Shown: one piece after another, positions 29,897 through 39,307 of the stretch
How the letters are laid out: every line of letters starts with the position of its first letter
Numbering within the stretch: the first letter of the stretch is position 1
From: an uncultured Verrucomicrobiae bacterium
GTDB taxonomy: Bacteria > Verrucomicrobiota > Verrucomicrobiia > Chthoniobacterales > UBA10450
Reading direction: 5' to 3'
Assembly: GCA_963834385.1 (NCBI GenBank)
Contig: CAWIBO010000002.1
Span: forward strand, 352,001-416,000
DNA length: 64,000 nucleotides
The notes under the pieces: generated by a model
What the model was told of the DNA's origin: nothing
The model's input: only the letters and a program-made list of their open reading frames with translations
Databases searched by the model: none
Position numbers and translations under genes: made by a program

Positions 29897-31681
29897 CTAG
29901 GAGGAAGCGGTCTGCAGACCGGTTTTGTGATAGGTCACCAGGCGGAAACCCCACTCGATCACCGTCGCCTTCGCCTTGTCCTCCGCTTTTCTTTGGTTGA
30001 GGAAAGTGACGATCTTCTGCTTTAGCTCGTTTTGCTCGCCCGCCTCGTCGAGGATCTCGAAAATCTCCATCGAGAGAAGCCAGTCATCCGGATGCTCGGC
30101 CTGCTGGGTTTCCCAGATCTCGCCGAGGCGCTCGTAGCCGACCTTGCGGGCGCGAATGTCGCGCACCTGCTGGTAAAGGCTCTCGAGCTTCTTCCGCCGG
30201 GCATCGGACGGCACCTTGATCGTGCGCTCTTTCGGGACGAGCGCGACCTGGTTGTAGGTGTCCTTGTCGGCCGCGCCGTTGAAGACGGAGGTGATGCGTT
30301 CGCCCACCGCCATGTCGAAGGTCCCCCAGTCCGGGTCGAACAGGACGCGGTCGCCCAGCCGCACCGAGCAGTTCGAAAAAGTCAGCAGGAGCAAACGCCC
30401 GTCTTCGCGCACGATTCGTTCCACCTTGCCCGCGACCACGACGCCGCTGACGAAGTTGATCGTCGCTTTCATCCCGGCGGCGATGCCGATGCTCTGCAAC
30501 TGGTCGTCCGTCAGGTTTTCCGGCGGCACGCTGATGTTCCGCCAGCCGCCCACGGGCGCGCCGAAGCCTTTCGCATGGTAATCGCTTCCGTGCCCTTCGA
30601 GCTGTTTGTTCTCCCACGCCAGCGCGGTCGGTCCGGTCGTCCGGAGATAAATGGGTTCGCCCTTCTCCCCGGGGAGGACCTGGGTGAAGGTGCCGCTCAC
30701 CTGCAGCCCGGAGGAATACTGGCAGGTCGCGGTGTTCCGGCTTTCGATCGCCTTGTTGACTCCCTCCAGTCCGCCGACCTGGAAGGCCATGGTGGCGGCG
30801 AATTCCTCGAGGACGGTGCTCAGGTGCTTGAAATCGCGGCAGACGAAGAGCTGCGGCTGTTTCGTCGTGATATCGAACGGGGTCTGAGCCGCCTCGATCG
30901 AATACCAGAGTTTTTTGACCTCGGGTTCCAGGCAGGAAACAGATTCGCCGATCGAGGAAAGGAGGCCCGCGCCATAGATTTTCGGTTTCTCCAGCGTCCC
31001 GATCAGGCCGTATTCGACCGTCCACCAGTGCAGACGCGAGAGGAGCGCCATCTCGGAAGGTTCCCCGAGGTTTTTCTGGCGCTCTTCCACCTCGCGGGTG
31101 GCTTTTTCCAGCTCTTTGGGGTCGGAATTCGGCAGTTCTTTCAGGATGGAAAGATGCCGGATGGCCTCGTAGAGCTCGAAATCCTTGCGCGACTGCATCG
31201 CTCTCGCGCCCACTTCGCCGAAACGCTGGAGGTAATCGGAATATTCGCGGTCGACAATGATCGGCGCGTGCCCGGCCGCCTCGTGCACGATGTCGGGCGC
31301 GGGCGTGTATTCAATGTGATGGATCTGCCGCATGTCGCAGGCAATGACGAGAACCTTGTAAGCCTGGAACTCCATGAAGGCGGCCGGCGGGATGAACCCA
31401 TCCACCGCCACCGCCCCCCAGCCGATGCGGCCGAGGATGTCGTTCATCTCCTCGATGCGCGGGATGCGGTCGAAGGAGATGCCGGTTTCGAGCAGACCCT
31501 TGAAATAGACCTTGTGCGCGTATTCCTTCAGGAAAAAGGCGTTCTGGCGCATGATAAAACGCCAGACGGCATGGTCGACCGGGGTGTAATCGTCGTAACG
31601 CTGATCGACCGCGAATTGGAGCAGATGTTTTGGCAGCGACTGCACCGCCGCATTGGTTAGGCTGAAAGGTTGAAGGCTCAT
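29897..31681 (-). CDS. phhA: Pterin-dependent aromatic amino acid (phenylalanine) hydroxylase, long form
   Basis: YTPAPDIVHEAAGHAP, WWTVEYGL, IYGAGLLSSIGE, plus a C-terminal extension. Confidence 0.92.
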   Translation of the reverse strand: MSLQPFSLTNAAVQSLPKHLLQFAVDQRYDDYTPVDHAVWRFIMRQNAFFLKEYAHKVYFKGLLETGISFDRIPRIEEMNDILGRIGWGAVAVDGFIPPAAFMEFQAYKVLVIACDMRQIHHIEYTPAPDIVHEAAGHAPIIVDREYSDYLQRFGEVGARAMQSRKDFELYEAIRHLSILKELPNSDPKELEKATREVEERQKNLGEPSEMALLSRLHWWTVEYGLIGTLEKPKIYGAGLLSSIGESVSCLEPEVKKLWYSIEAAQTPFDITTKQPQLFVCRDFKHLSTVLEEFAATMAFQVGGLEGVNKAIESRNTATCQYSSGLQVSGTFTQVLPGEKGEPIYLRTTGPTALAWENKQLEGHGSDYHAKGFGAPVGGWRNISVPPENLTDDQLQSIGIAAGMKATINFVSGVVVAGKVERIVREDGRLLLLTFSNCSVRLGDRVLFDPDWGTFDMAVGERITSVFNGAADKDTYNQVALVPKERTIKVPSDARRKKLESLYQQVRDIRARKVGYERLGEIWETQQAEHPDDWLLSMEIFEILDEAGEQNELKQKIVTFLNQRKAEDKAKATVIEWGFRLVTYHKTGLQTASS

Positions 31682-32581
31682 CGGTCTCTTTATTTGCCGG
31701 CACGCGGGAGCGGGCGGGGGGCACCCCTAACGTACGCCCGCGCGCGGCCGCATCAAGACGCTTTCCCGAAAAAGGACCCGCTTCTTTGGCTCAATTTCCT
31801 CTGCCTTGATGCGCCCCTCGTGGCGGTGACGTGGCAGGCGCTGTTCGCGGAGGCCGCGGAGGTTGCTCCCGGCTGGGCCGCCCGCGCGGCCTTGTTCGCC
31901 GCGGCCTGGCTCATTTATCTGGGCGACCGCTGGGCCGATGCAGGCAGGCTGCCGGCAGACGCGCCCCGTTCACGCCGGCAGCAGTTCTGTCTCGACCATC
32001 CCCGCGTCTTTCTCGTCGCCCTCGGCAGCGTCGGTCTTGTTCTTCTCTCTCTTCTTCCTCTGCTGGACCGCGGTCTTCTGGTGACCGGTGGAGTGATCGG
32101 CCTGCTTTCGCTCCTTTACCTGCTGGCGAATCAATTCGCTCCGACGCTCTGGCAGCGGTTTCCGTTGAAGGAAGCGACGATCGCGTTGCTCTTTGCCGCC
32201 GGGACCTGTGCGGGGGTCGGTCCCGTCCTCGCTCGTTCGCCGTCGCTGGCGGCGGCCGCGGCCTGTTTCGCTCTGCTTTGCCTGACGAACTGTCTCAGCA
32301 TTGCCCGTTGGGAAGAAGGACTGGACCGCGCGCAGGGGCGAAGTTCCATCGCGACCTCGCCTTACGGTTTGACCGCGCTGCCGCTGTTGAGCGGTGGCGC
32401 GACCCTGGCCGGCGCAGTCGTTCTGCTTTTCACGGGGGTGCCGCTGGTCCTTTTCGTCGCGCTCGCAGGGGCCGCGCTTCTCCTGCTCGCCCTGAACCTT
32501 TTGCCGGGGCTCGAGACCGATCGGCGCACCGCCGCGGCGGATCTCGTGCTTTTGACCCCTCTTTTCGTTCTTTGGGGATGA
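31670..32581 (+). CDS. UbiA-like polytopic membrane protein (start uncertain)
   Basis: Multiple TMs; WLIYLGDRWAD Asp motif. Confidence 0.55.
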   Translation: MKAHRSLYLPARGSGRGAPLTYARARPHQDAFPKKDPLLWLNFLCLDAPLVAVTWQALFAEAAEVAPGWAARAALFAAAWLIYLGDRWADAGRLPADAPRSRRQQFCLDHPRVFLVALGSVGLVLLSLLPLLDRGLLVTGGVIGLLSLLYLLANQFAPTLWQRFPLKEATIALLFAAGTCAGVGPVLARSPSLAAAAACFALLCLTNCLSIARWEEGLDRAQGRSSIATSPYGLTALPLLSGGATLAGAVVLLFTGVPLVLFVALAGAALLLLALNLLPGLETDRRTAAADLVLLTPLFVLWG

Positions 32582-33279
32582 ACTGCGACCGCCTCGCGCC
32601 GGTCTACGCCCTCCTCGAGCGGGCGGTCTTCGGCGGCGCGCTGCAACGCGCCCGCACCGCCCTGCTGCCGATGCTCGCCGGGCCCGCGCGGGTGCTGCTG
32701 GTGGGCGAGGGGGACGGCCGTTTTCTGCGGAGGCTGCTGCTTCGCTTTCCCACGGCCCGGATCGATTGCGTCGATGCCAGCGAAGGCATGCTGCGTCTGG
32801 CCCGGACCCGGGTGCCTCCCGGTGCTGCGGTGGATTTCATTCAGGCCCGGCTGCCCGGGTGGACGCCCCCGACGGCGGAGTATGATCTCGTGGTCACAAA
32901 TTTCTTCCTCGACTGTTTCACCGGCATGGAGCTGGGAGCGGTGGTGCCGCTTCTTCGCCGGGCGCTGCGGCCAGATGGAGAATGGCTGGTGACGGAGTTC
33001 GCTCTCCCCGAGAGGCCGCGGGTGTGGCGCTTCGCGGCGGGAGGCCTGCTGAGCCTCATGTATTTCTTTTTCCGGTGCACCACCGGGTTGCAGGCACGGA
33101 CGCTGCCCGATTACGCGAAGGCGCTGCGGCAGACTGGTCTGAAGCGGCACGCGTTACAGGAGAGCGTCGGCGGTCTTCTGCGCTCCGAGATCTGGCGCGC
33201 GCTCCCCCCGGTAGGGCGAGACTCTGTCGAGCCTGCGAGCACGTCAAAAATTTACCACAGAGACCGCAGAGGGCACTGA
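32578..33279 (+). CDS. Class I SAM-dependent methyltransferase
   Basis: VLLVGEGDG, VDASEGML, YDLVVTNFFLD. Confidence 0.85.
   Translation: MNCDRLAPVYALLERAVFGGALQRARTALLPMLAGPARVLLVGEGDGRFLRRLLLRFPTARIDCVDASEGMLRLARTRVPPGAAVDFIQARLPGWTPPTAEYDLVVTNFFLDCFTGMELGAVVPLLRRALRPDGEWLVTEFALPERPRVWRFAAGGLLSLMYFFFRCTTGLQARTLPDYAKALRQTGLKRHALQESVGGLLRSEIWRALPPVGRDSVEPASTSKIYHRDRRGH
33211..33233 (+). repeat. GTAG-foot REP-like hairpin (second family)
   Basis: GTAG-GGCGAGAC-TCT-GTCGAGCC. Confidence 0.6.
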
Positions 33280-33328
33280 GGGGAGCAGGGGAAGGAAACA
33301 GACAGGATTTACAGGATTGAACAGGATT
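33254..33328 (+). repeat. Short ~9-bp tandem repeats
   Basis: CCACAGAGA/CCGCAGAGG/GCACTGAG, then ACAGGATT x3. Confidence 0.7.
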
Positions 33329-33371
33329 GGAGGTGAACAAACGCGATGGCGTACGGCCGCCCGTCGGAGGC

Positions 33372-35385
33372 CTACTTGCCCTGCCGCCGCCGGCGGATGA
33401 TCCGGACGAGAAAGAAGACCCCGGCGAGCGCGGCCACCCACGGAGCGAAGAAGGCGAGGGCTACGCCGATCATGCGCACACTCCACATCAAGGCCGAGGC
33501 ACCCTGGGCCAGAGTGCGGCGGATGGTGGCGAGCAGGCCTGTCTCCTCCCCGACGATGTCTCCCTGGCTGTAAATCTGGATGCTGACATCAGCCGGCGCC
33601 GATTCCGAGTCAGGCCGGCCCGGAAGATCCTGCCGCTGCACGGTGAGGTCCTTCACCTTGCCGAGGTCGTCGAACGAGCTGATCAAGCCCGGGTAATCCT
33701 TCAGCGGCACCCGCAGGGTGACCCGGGCCACTTCCTCGCCGTTCGCGCCGCGACTGAAGGTGGAACTGCGAATCTCGGCGTTGAATCGCGCCGCCGATTT
33801 CTTCAGGTCGGCGACCCGGTCAGTCACGTTCCGGGTGAGCAGGCGCAGGCTGGTTTGCTGCACGGAAGGCTCCTGTTCGTCGCGGGTAATGGAAATGTTC
33901 AGGGCGACCTTGTCGCGTTCCACCTTGCTCTCGGCCGCGTTGCCACGATCCGATCCGCCCTGGGCAATACGCTCCGTCTGATCGTCAAATCGCTGGACCC
34001 GGCCCAGCGCCTTGAGACGCGTGATGGTCTCGTCGGCGATCTCCGGGGCGAGAAGGAGGGAAACCTGCGCGGTGACCCGGCCGGAATAATCACGGTCGAG
34101 ATTTGAGTTCACAATCTGGACCTTGTCGCCGGTGGCGGCGGCCTTGACCTCGGCAAAGGTCTTTTCCACGTCGGGAGCGAAGAGGGCGAGATTGGCCGTG
34201 CGCCGGAGCAGAAACGCGGCGGGCTCATCGAGGTCTTTCTCCGCCAGTTGGATGGTGACCGTGGCGTAGGTGACGAGGGCGTCCCAGTATTTCAATTCGC
34301 CCTGCATTTGCTCGATCTCCTGGCGGACCCGGGCGAGTTCCTTTTCCACCTGGAGCAGGTCGCCGACTTTCCCCTGGGTTTTCCCGAGCAGCTCGAGCAG
34401 GCGTTCCTCCATCCGTTTTGCGTTCCGCATCCGGGCGTCGGTATCGAGGTAGGCTTTGGTCACGTCCTCGCTCCCGAGGGTCTGGTTCTTCAGTTCCCCG
34501 AGCCCACGGAGTTTCTGCAGAAACGAGTCGAGGTTTGCGGGCAAGACCCGGACCACGACGGTTCCCTGCAGCTTGCCGTTGGCGAGCTTCTCCGAGCGTA
34601 CTGGTGGCGATAAAGCCGCGATCTTCCTGGGCGAAGCCGGCGATCCTGGCGACGGCGTCCTCGAATTTCAGCACTTCCAACTGCACCTGCGCGCTTCGGA
34701 TAAGTTTCCGGGACTCGTTCGGCAGGGCCGCGGCCGGCGTCCCGGGACGCGGCGAGTCGGGCGCGATCTCCGCCTTGGCCATTTCGCGTGAGGCGACCGC
34801 GGCGTCGGCGCCGACCTCGCCCAGTTCTTCCATGCGTCCCGCCGCTTCTGCCGGCGTATCGGCGAAATCGTGCGCCTGATGGGGCGCAACCGGTGGCGGC
34901 GGGGGCGCTGCGGCCGGCGGCTCGCCGAGGACGCCGCGCCGCTGTTTCATGGCGCGGGGGGCGAGGTTGCCGCTCCCGGTCTCGCTGAAGGCGGCCGCGA
35001 CTTCTCCCAAGGGCGTCTTTCCCCTGTTCTCACCGGTCACGACTCTGCCCACCTGCACCAGGCCGAGCAGGAGGATGGCGGCGGTCGCGAGCTGGGCCGG
35101 ACGGGTGCGGAGAAGGCTGCCCGCGAGGTCGATCAGGCTCCGTTTCTCCGAAACCCGGTTTCGGAAACCGGTGACCATCCGCTGTTCGAGGTTCGGATCC
35201 GGCGCTTCCTCCGCGAGAGTCTCTTCAAGAATAGTGTTCATGGTTTGTATCTCCTGCTGGGCCTGACCGCAGGCGGCGCATTCCGCCAGGTGCTCCTGCA
35301 GACGGGCCGCTTCCTCCGGGGCCAGCTCGCCGTGCGCATCGGCCGCGAGCCACTGGTCAATGTTTTCGTGAATGCTGTTGTTCAT
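33372..35385 (-). CDS. zf-HC2 anti-sigma factor with DUF4349 domain(s); frameshift near 34600
   Basis: HLAECAAC, TM, RKLIRSAQVQL, EDVTKAYLD...R, DLLQVEKELARVR, C-terminal TM. Confidence 0.82.
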
Positions 35386-35924
35386 CTGAGTTCGGCCAGG
35401 GCCGGTCGAAGTTCCTCCCGCAAAGTGCGCAGGGCGCGCCCGAGAATGCCGCGCAACGCGCCGTTGCTGAGGTCGAGCGCCCGCTCGATCGCGGCGTAGT
35501 CCATCTTCTCGAAATAACGAAGAGCGAGAGCGGAGCGATGCAGCTCGGGCAGGCGGCCCAGCGCGAGGCGGACCGCCTGTTCCCTTTCCTCCGTGGCCGG
35601 ACTGGCGGCGGCGAAATGGTCGATCACGGCCTCGAGATTTTCCGGCGTGCTTCGGCGCCCGCGGCTCCGGGCCAGGTCGCGTGCCCGGTGCCGGGTGATG
35701 GTGCCCAGCCAGGCCGGAAGTTTTTCCGGGTCGCGCACGCGCCAGCGCGATTTCCAGGCCTTGACCAGCGCATCCTGCACTGCGTCCTCTGCTTCCTCGC
35801 GGTTCTGCAGAATGCCGTAGGCGATGGCAAAAAGCTGGCGGCTGTGTGAACGGATGACCATTTCGAAAGCGTCGCGATCACCGCGCAGGGCAGCCTGGAA
35901 AAGGTCGTGTTCAGTTCTGTCCAT
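35382..35924 (-). CDS. ECF RNA polymerase sigma factor
   Basis: GDRDAFE, AEDAVQDAL, AWLGTI, region 4 LRYFEKMDYAAI. Confidence 0.92.
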   Translation of the reverse strand: MDRTEHDLFQAALRGDRDAFEMVIRSHSRQLFAIAYGILQNREEAEDAVQDALVKAWKSRWRVRDPEKLPAWLGTITRHRARDLARSRGRRSTPENLEAVIDHFAAASPATEEREQAVRLALGRLPELHRSALALRYFEKMDYAAIERALDLSNGALRGILGRALRTLREELRPALAELR

Positions 35925-36011
35925 CAGCGTTGATCCAAAGCCTAGACGACGGCCCGGGCGAATCCGCGCGAAAAATCTTTCGCGCCCGGCAGGAAGGAAG
36001 CCAGGGACCGG

Positions 36012-37293
36012 TTACAAGGGCAGCTTCAGGATGACCGCGTCCTGCAATTCTTCGGGGGCCGCCTGGCTGCCCTTCTCATCGACCAGACGCCATTGGCTGT
36101 TCGCGACAAAATAAAGGCTGCCCCCAACGACAACGCCCAGGGCCGGTTCGTCGAACATCGGATTATTGGCTTCCAGCACCTCGGTCCAGGCGATCGACGA
36201 GTGGTCTTCGCCCAGGCTGAGCCGGATGACGCGGTTCGGCGTAATGCCGTTCTGGACCGCGACCAGGGTTTGGCCCACGGCGTAAAGTCCATCGATGCCG
36301 AGGAGGACCGTGTTGGGTCGGGTGCTCATTTTCGTCACCTTCTTTGTCCGCAGGTCGATCGCAAAAATACCCTGGGCATAATCGGCCACGAAAAGCCGGT
36401 CACCCCCGGGAGCGAGCGCAATGCCCTGCAGGTTCAGGAACGGTTCGCCGGACAGGAAGGGCAGGATTTTATCGTCGCCCTGCGCGACCCGGTAGATGAC
36501 GGGCGAAAGGCTGTCGGTGGCATACACATCCCCGTTCGGCGGCGATCACGAGATCGCCCAGCAGATGTTTGCGCAGCTTCTCCGCAATCAGCATTCGGCC
36601 GATCATTTTGCCGGTGGCTAGGTCGTACTTTACCAGGCCGGCCTGTCCGTTTTCGTCCGGCCGCAATCCCTTCATCTGGGGATGCGCCGCAATGCAGGCC
36701 CAGAGAATTCCGCGTTCTTCGTCCACCTTCATCCCGAGGACGCTCCAGAGTGAATCTTGCGGAGCCGAGAAAGGCGTGACCCGCCCGTCGCGGTCGAGGG
36801 CGAGGATTTTGCGCTGGTAAACGCTGCTCAGAAAAAAGCGCTGCTCTTTGGCGTGGTAAGCCACGCCTTCCGGGACGAGCCCCTTTTCCGGCACGGTAAA
36901 CGCCACCTCGCTGCGGACCAGCGGCTCAAGGTTCACAGCCAGCTCGCGCACCACGGTCTTGAATTCAGGGGTGCCGCTGATCCCGGCGAAGTCCGGGTCG
37001 GCCTCGATCTTTGGGTAAGCCAGTCCCATCTTGGCGGCGACGGCAAGCGCGTCGACCGCCACCACGGTGTGGCCGAGGAGCGCATGACCGGCGGCCAGAT
37101 TGTAAATATAGGCGGGATGATTTGGCCGAAGCTGGAGCGCGGTCTCGAGGTGCCGGACGAAAAGCGCGTAATCCTTGCGCTCATAGGCTTTCCTTGCTTC
37201 CGCGGCAAAGTGCCGGGCGTCCCCGGCGGCAGCCCCGGCCCAGACGGCGCTTCCGGCGAGGAGCGCGAGCAAAAGAATGATCCGGCGCTTCAT
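36012..37293 (-). CDS. Secreted TPR + SMP-30/beta-propeller protein; frameshift near 36540
   Basis: Signal peptide, YNLAAGHA TPR, PEGVAY, LFVADY, GIDGL. Confidence 0.75.
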
Positions 37294-38054
37294 GGTTTGC
37301 CCGTCCCGAGGATTGCTTCCGGCCGGTAAAGATCTTCGTTGCTGCCCTGGAACTCGGCTTTCAGCTGCACCTTGAAATGCGCCAGATCGACCAGGGTCCA
37401 GCCGGTGAAGCGCCAGCCCTTCCGTTCTTCGCTCTCATGCTCAATTCCCACGACCAGATGCACCGCATCCTCGCGCACCTTTCCGGAGGCCGCGCGTGGC
37501 TGGAAATAAAATGTGCGGAAACTGCTTTCGCGGCTGCCGGCCGCGTAGAGCTTCGGATCGAGGTAATAAACGCGGCCGGAGGTTTTCTCGACCACGCGGA
37601 GATCCGGATAACCGGAGCGCTGACCGCGCCCCGCCATTGTCCGGGGGAATTCACAGTTCAGGCCCGGCGTTTCGTTGAGCAGCGTTTGCAGCATTTCCTC
37701 GAAATGACTGCTCACTTCGTTGATGCGCGGGACCTTTTGCACCGGGTGATCGGCGGTGTTCAGCCGTCGCAGGGTTTCGTCGAGCGCCCGTCCCAGTTCC
37801 TTCAACACCCGCTGGTCAACCGGATCGTCTGCCTTGAAAGGGATGATCTTGCGGCCGGTTGTCGCGAGAATGACGTCGCGGAACGGGATGCCGCGCAGGG
37901 CCGCATCCTCCTCCAGGAGCCATGGGATCAGGGTTTGCACGGGAGCCGCACGGGATGGCTCGGGGGTCGGGCTGGCCCCGCGGGCGAGGGGCACACCCAG
38001 CCACAGGAGCACCAAACCAACGGCACCGGCCCGGGCGCAGTCGGCCGTGCTCAT
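37290..38054 (-). CDS. Signal-peptide-bearing PD-(D/E)XK restriction-endonuclease-like protein
   Basis: Hydrophobic N-terminus ending PLARG-A; RINEVSSHFE ... SGYPDL ... YYLDPK. Confidence 0.65.
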   Translation of the reverse strand: MSTADCARAGAVGLVLLWLGVPLARGASPTPEPSRAAPVQTLIPWLLEEDAALRGIPFRDVILATTGRKIIPFKADDPVDQRVLKELGRALDETLRRLNTADHPVQKVPRINEVSSHFEEMLQTLLNETPGLNCEFPRTMAGRGQRSGYPDLRVVEKTSGRVYYLDPKLYAAGSRESSFRTFYFQPRAASGKVREDAVHLVVGIEHESEERKGWRFTGWTLVDLAHFKVQLKAEFQGSNEDLYRPEAILGTGKP

Positions 38055-39283
38055 TCGATGGCGACCGCTTTCTCCAGCAAGGGCAGGACGGAGGCGAAGC
38101 TCTGCTCGGTGCGGGCGTGGACAAAGAGCAGCGGATCGCTTTTCTCCACCTTCTGCCCCACTTTCCGAATTTCGGAGAAGCCGACCGCGGGATCGATCTC
38201 GTCCGAGGCCTCGCGCCGGCCGGCGCCGAGAAAAAGGGCGGCTCGGCCGATCAGTTCCGCGTCCATGCGTCGGATTTTTCCCGATTTGCGGGCGGGCAAA
38301 GGCCGGAGCACGGGCGCGCGGTGCATTTCCGCCATTTTTTCCAGGGTGGTGGCATCGCCATCCTGCGCATAAACCAGCGCGACAAATTTTTTCCAGGCGG
38401 TGCCGTCCTTGAGCCATGCGGCCAGCTTTTTGCGCGGAACCGGCGCCACCTTCTCCGCCAGGTCGAGCACCAGCTCGATGACATCCGGCGGTCCGCCCCC
38501 CTGGAGCACGTGCACGCTTTCCGCCACCTCCAACGCGTTGCCCACGGCATGGCCAAGGGGTTCATCCATTGGGGTGAGCAGGTGCGACACTTCCACACCC
38601 ATCTCCCGGCCCACCGTGGTCATGGCTTGCGCCAGTTTCTTCGCTTCCGCCCGCGTTTTCATGAAGGCCCCGCGGCCGAATTTCACATCCAGCACCAGAC
38701 GATCCAGACTCTCCGCGAGTTTCTTGCTCATGATGCTGGCCACGATCAGCGCCTGCGACGGCACGGTCCCGGTCACGTCGCGCAAGGCATAGAGCTTCTT
38801 GTCCGCCGGGCAGATGTCCGACGTCTGGCCGATCATGCAGAGGCCGATGCTCTTCAACTGCGCCAGGGCGCGTTTTTCGTCGAGATGCACGTTGAAACCC
38901 GGAATGCTCTCCAGCTTGTCGAGCGTGCCGCCGGTGATGCCGAGGCCCCGGCCCGAGATCATCGGGACCCAGACTTCCGCGCAGGCCAGGAGGGGCGCCA
39001 GCACGAGCGAAACCTTGTCGCCGATCCCCCCGGTGGAATGCTTGTCCACCCGCGGCGGCGCCCCCTTGGGATAACGCAGGACCCGGCCGCTGTTCATCAT
39101 CTGCTCGGTCAGGTGCCGCGTCTCCGCCGGCGACATGCCCCGCCAGAGCACCGCCATGGCCCACGCGCTCATCTGGTAATCGGGAATCTCGTCGTTGGTG
39201 AAACCCGTGACGAGAAACTCGATTTCGTCCCCGCTGAGCTCTTCGCCGTTTCGTTTTCGTTCGATGATGGTCGGGACGTGCAT
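38051..39283 (-). CDS. pdp: Pyrimidine-nucleoside (thymidine) phosphorylase
   Basis: DKHSTGGIGDK, SGRGLGITGGTLDKLESIPG, YALRDVT, SIMSKKLA. Confidence 0.95.
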   Translation of the reverse strand: MHVPTIIERKRNGEELSGDEIEFLVTGFTNDEIPDYQMSAWAMAVLWRGMSPAETRHLTEQMMNSGRVLRYPKGAPPRVDKHSTGGIGDKVSLVLAPLLACAEVWVPMISGRGLGITGGTLDKLESIPGFNVHLDEKRALAQLKSIGLCMIGQTSDICPADKKLYALRDVTGTVPSQALIVASIMSKKLAESLDRLVLDVKFGRGAFMKTRAEAKKLAQAMTTVGREMGVEVSHLLTPMDEPLGHAVGNALEVAESVHVLQGGGPPDVIELVLDLAEKVAPVPRKKLAAWLKDGTAWKKFVALVYAQDGDATTLEKMAEMHRAPVLRPLPARKSGKIRRMDAELIGRAALFLGAGRREASDEIDPAVGFSEIRKVGQKVEKSDPLLFVHARTEQSFASVLPLLEKAVAIE

Positions 39284-39307
39284 TGCCTTTAGTAAACTCC
39301 GCCTTCC

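Noticed and set aside
35925..36000. Autoregulatory ECF promoter (CGTCTA on the minus strand)
   Set aside because: No convincing -35 element at the proper spacing.
37290..38054. Classical restriction-modification system
   Set aside because: No DNA methyltransferase nearby, and the protein has a signal-peptide-like N-terminus.
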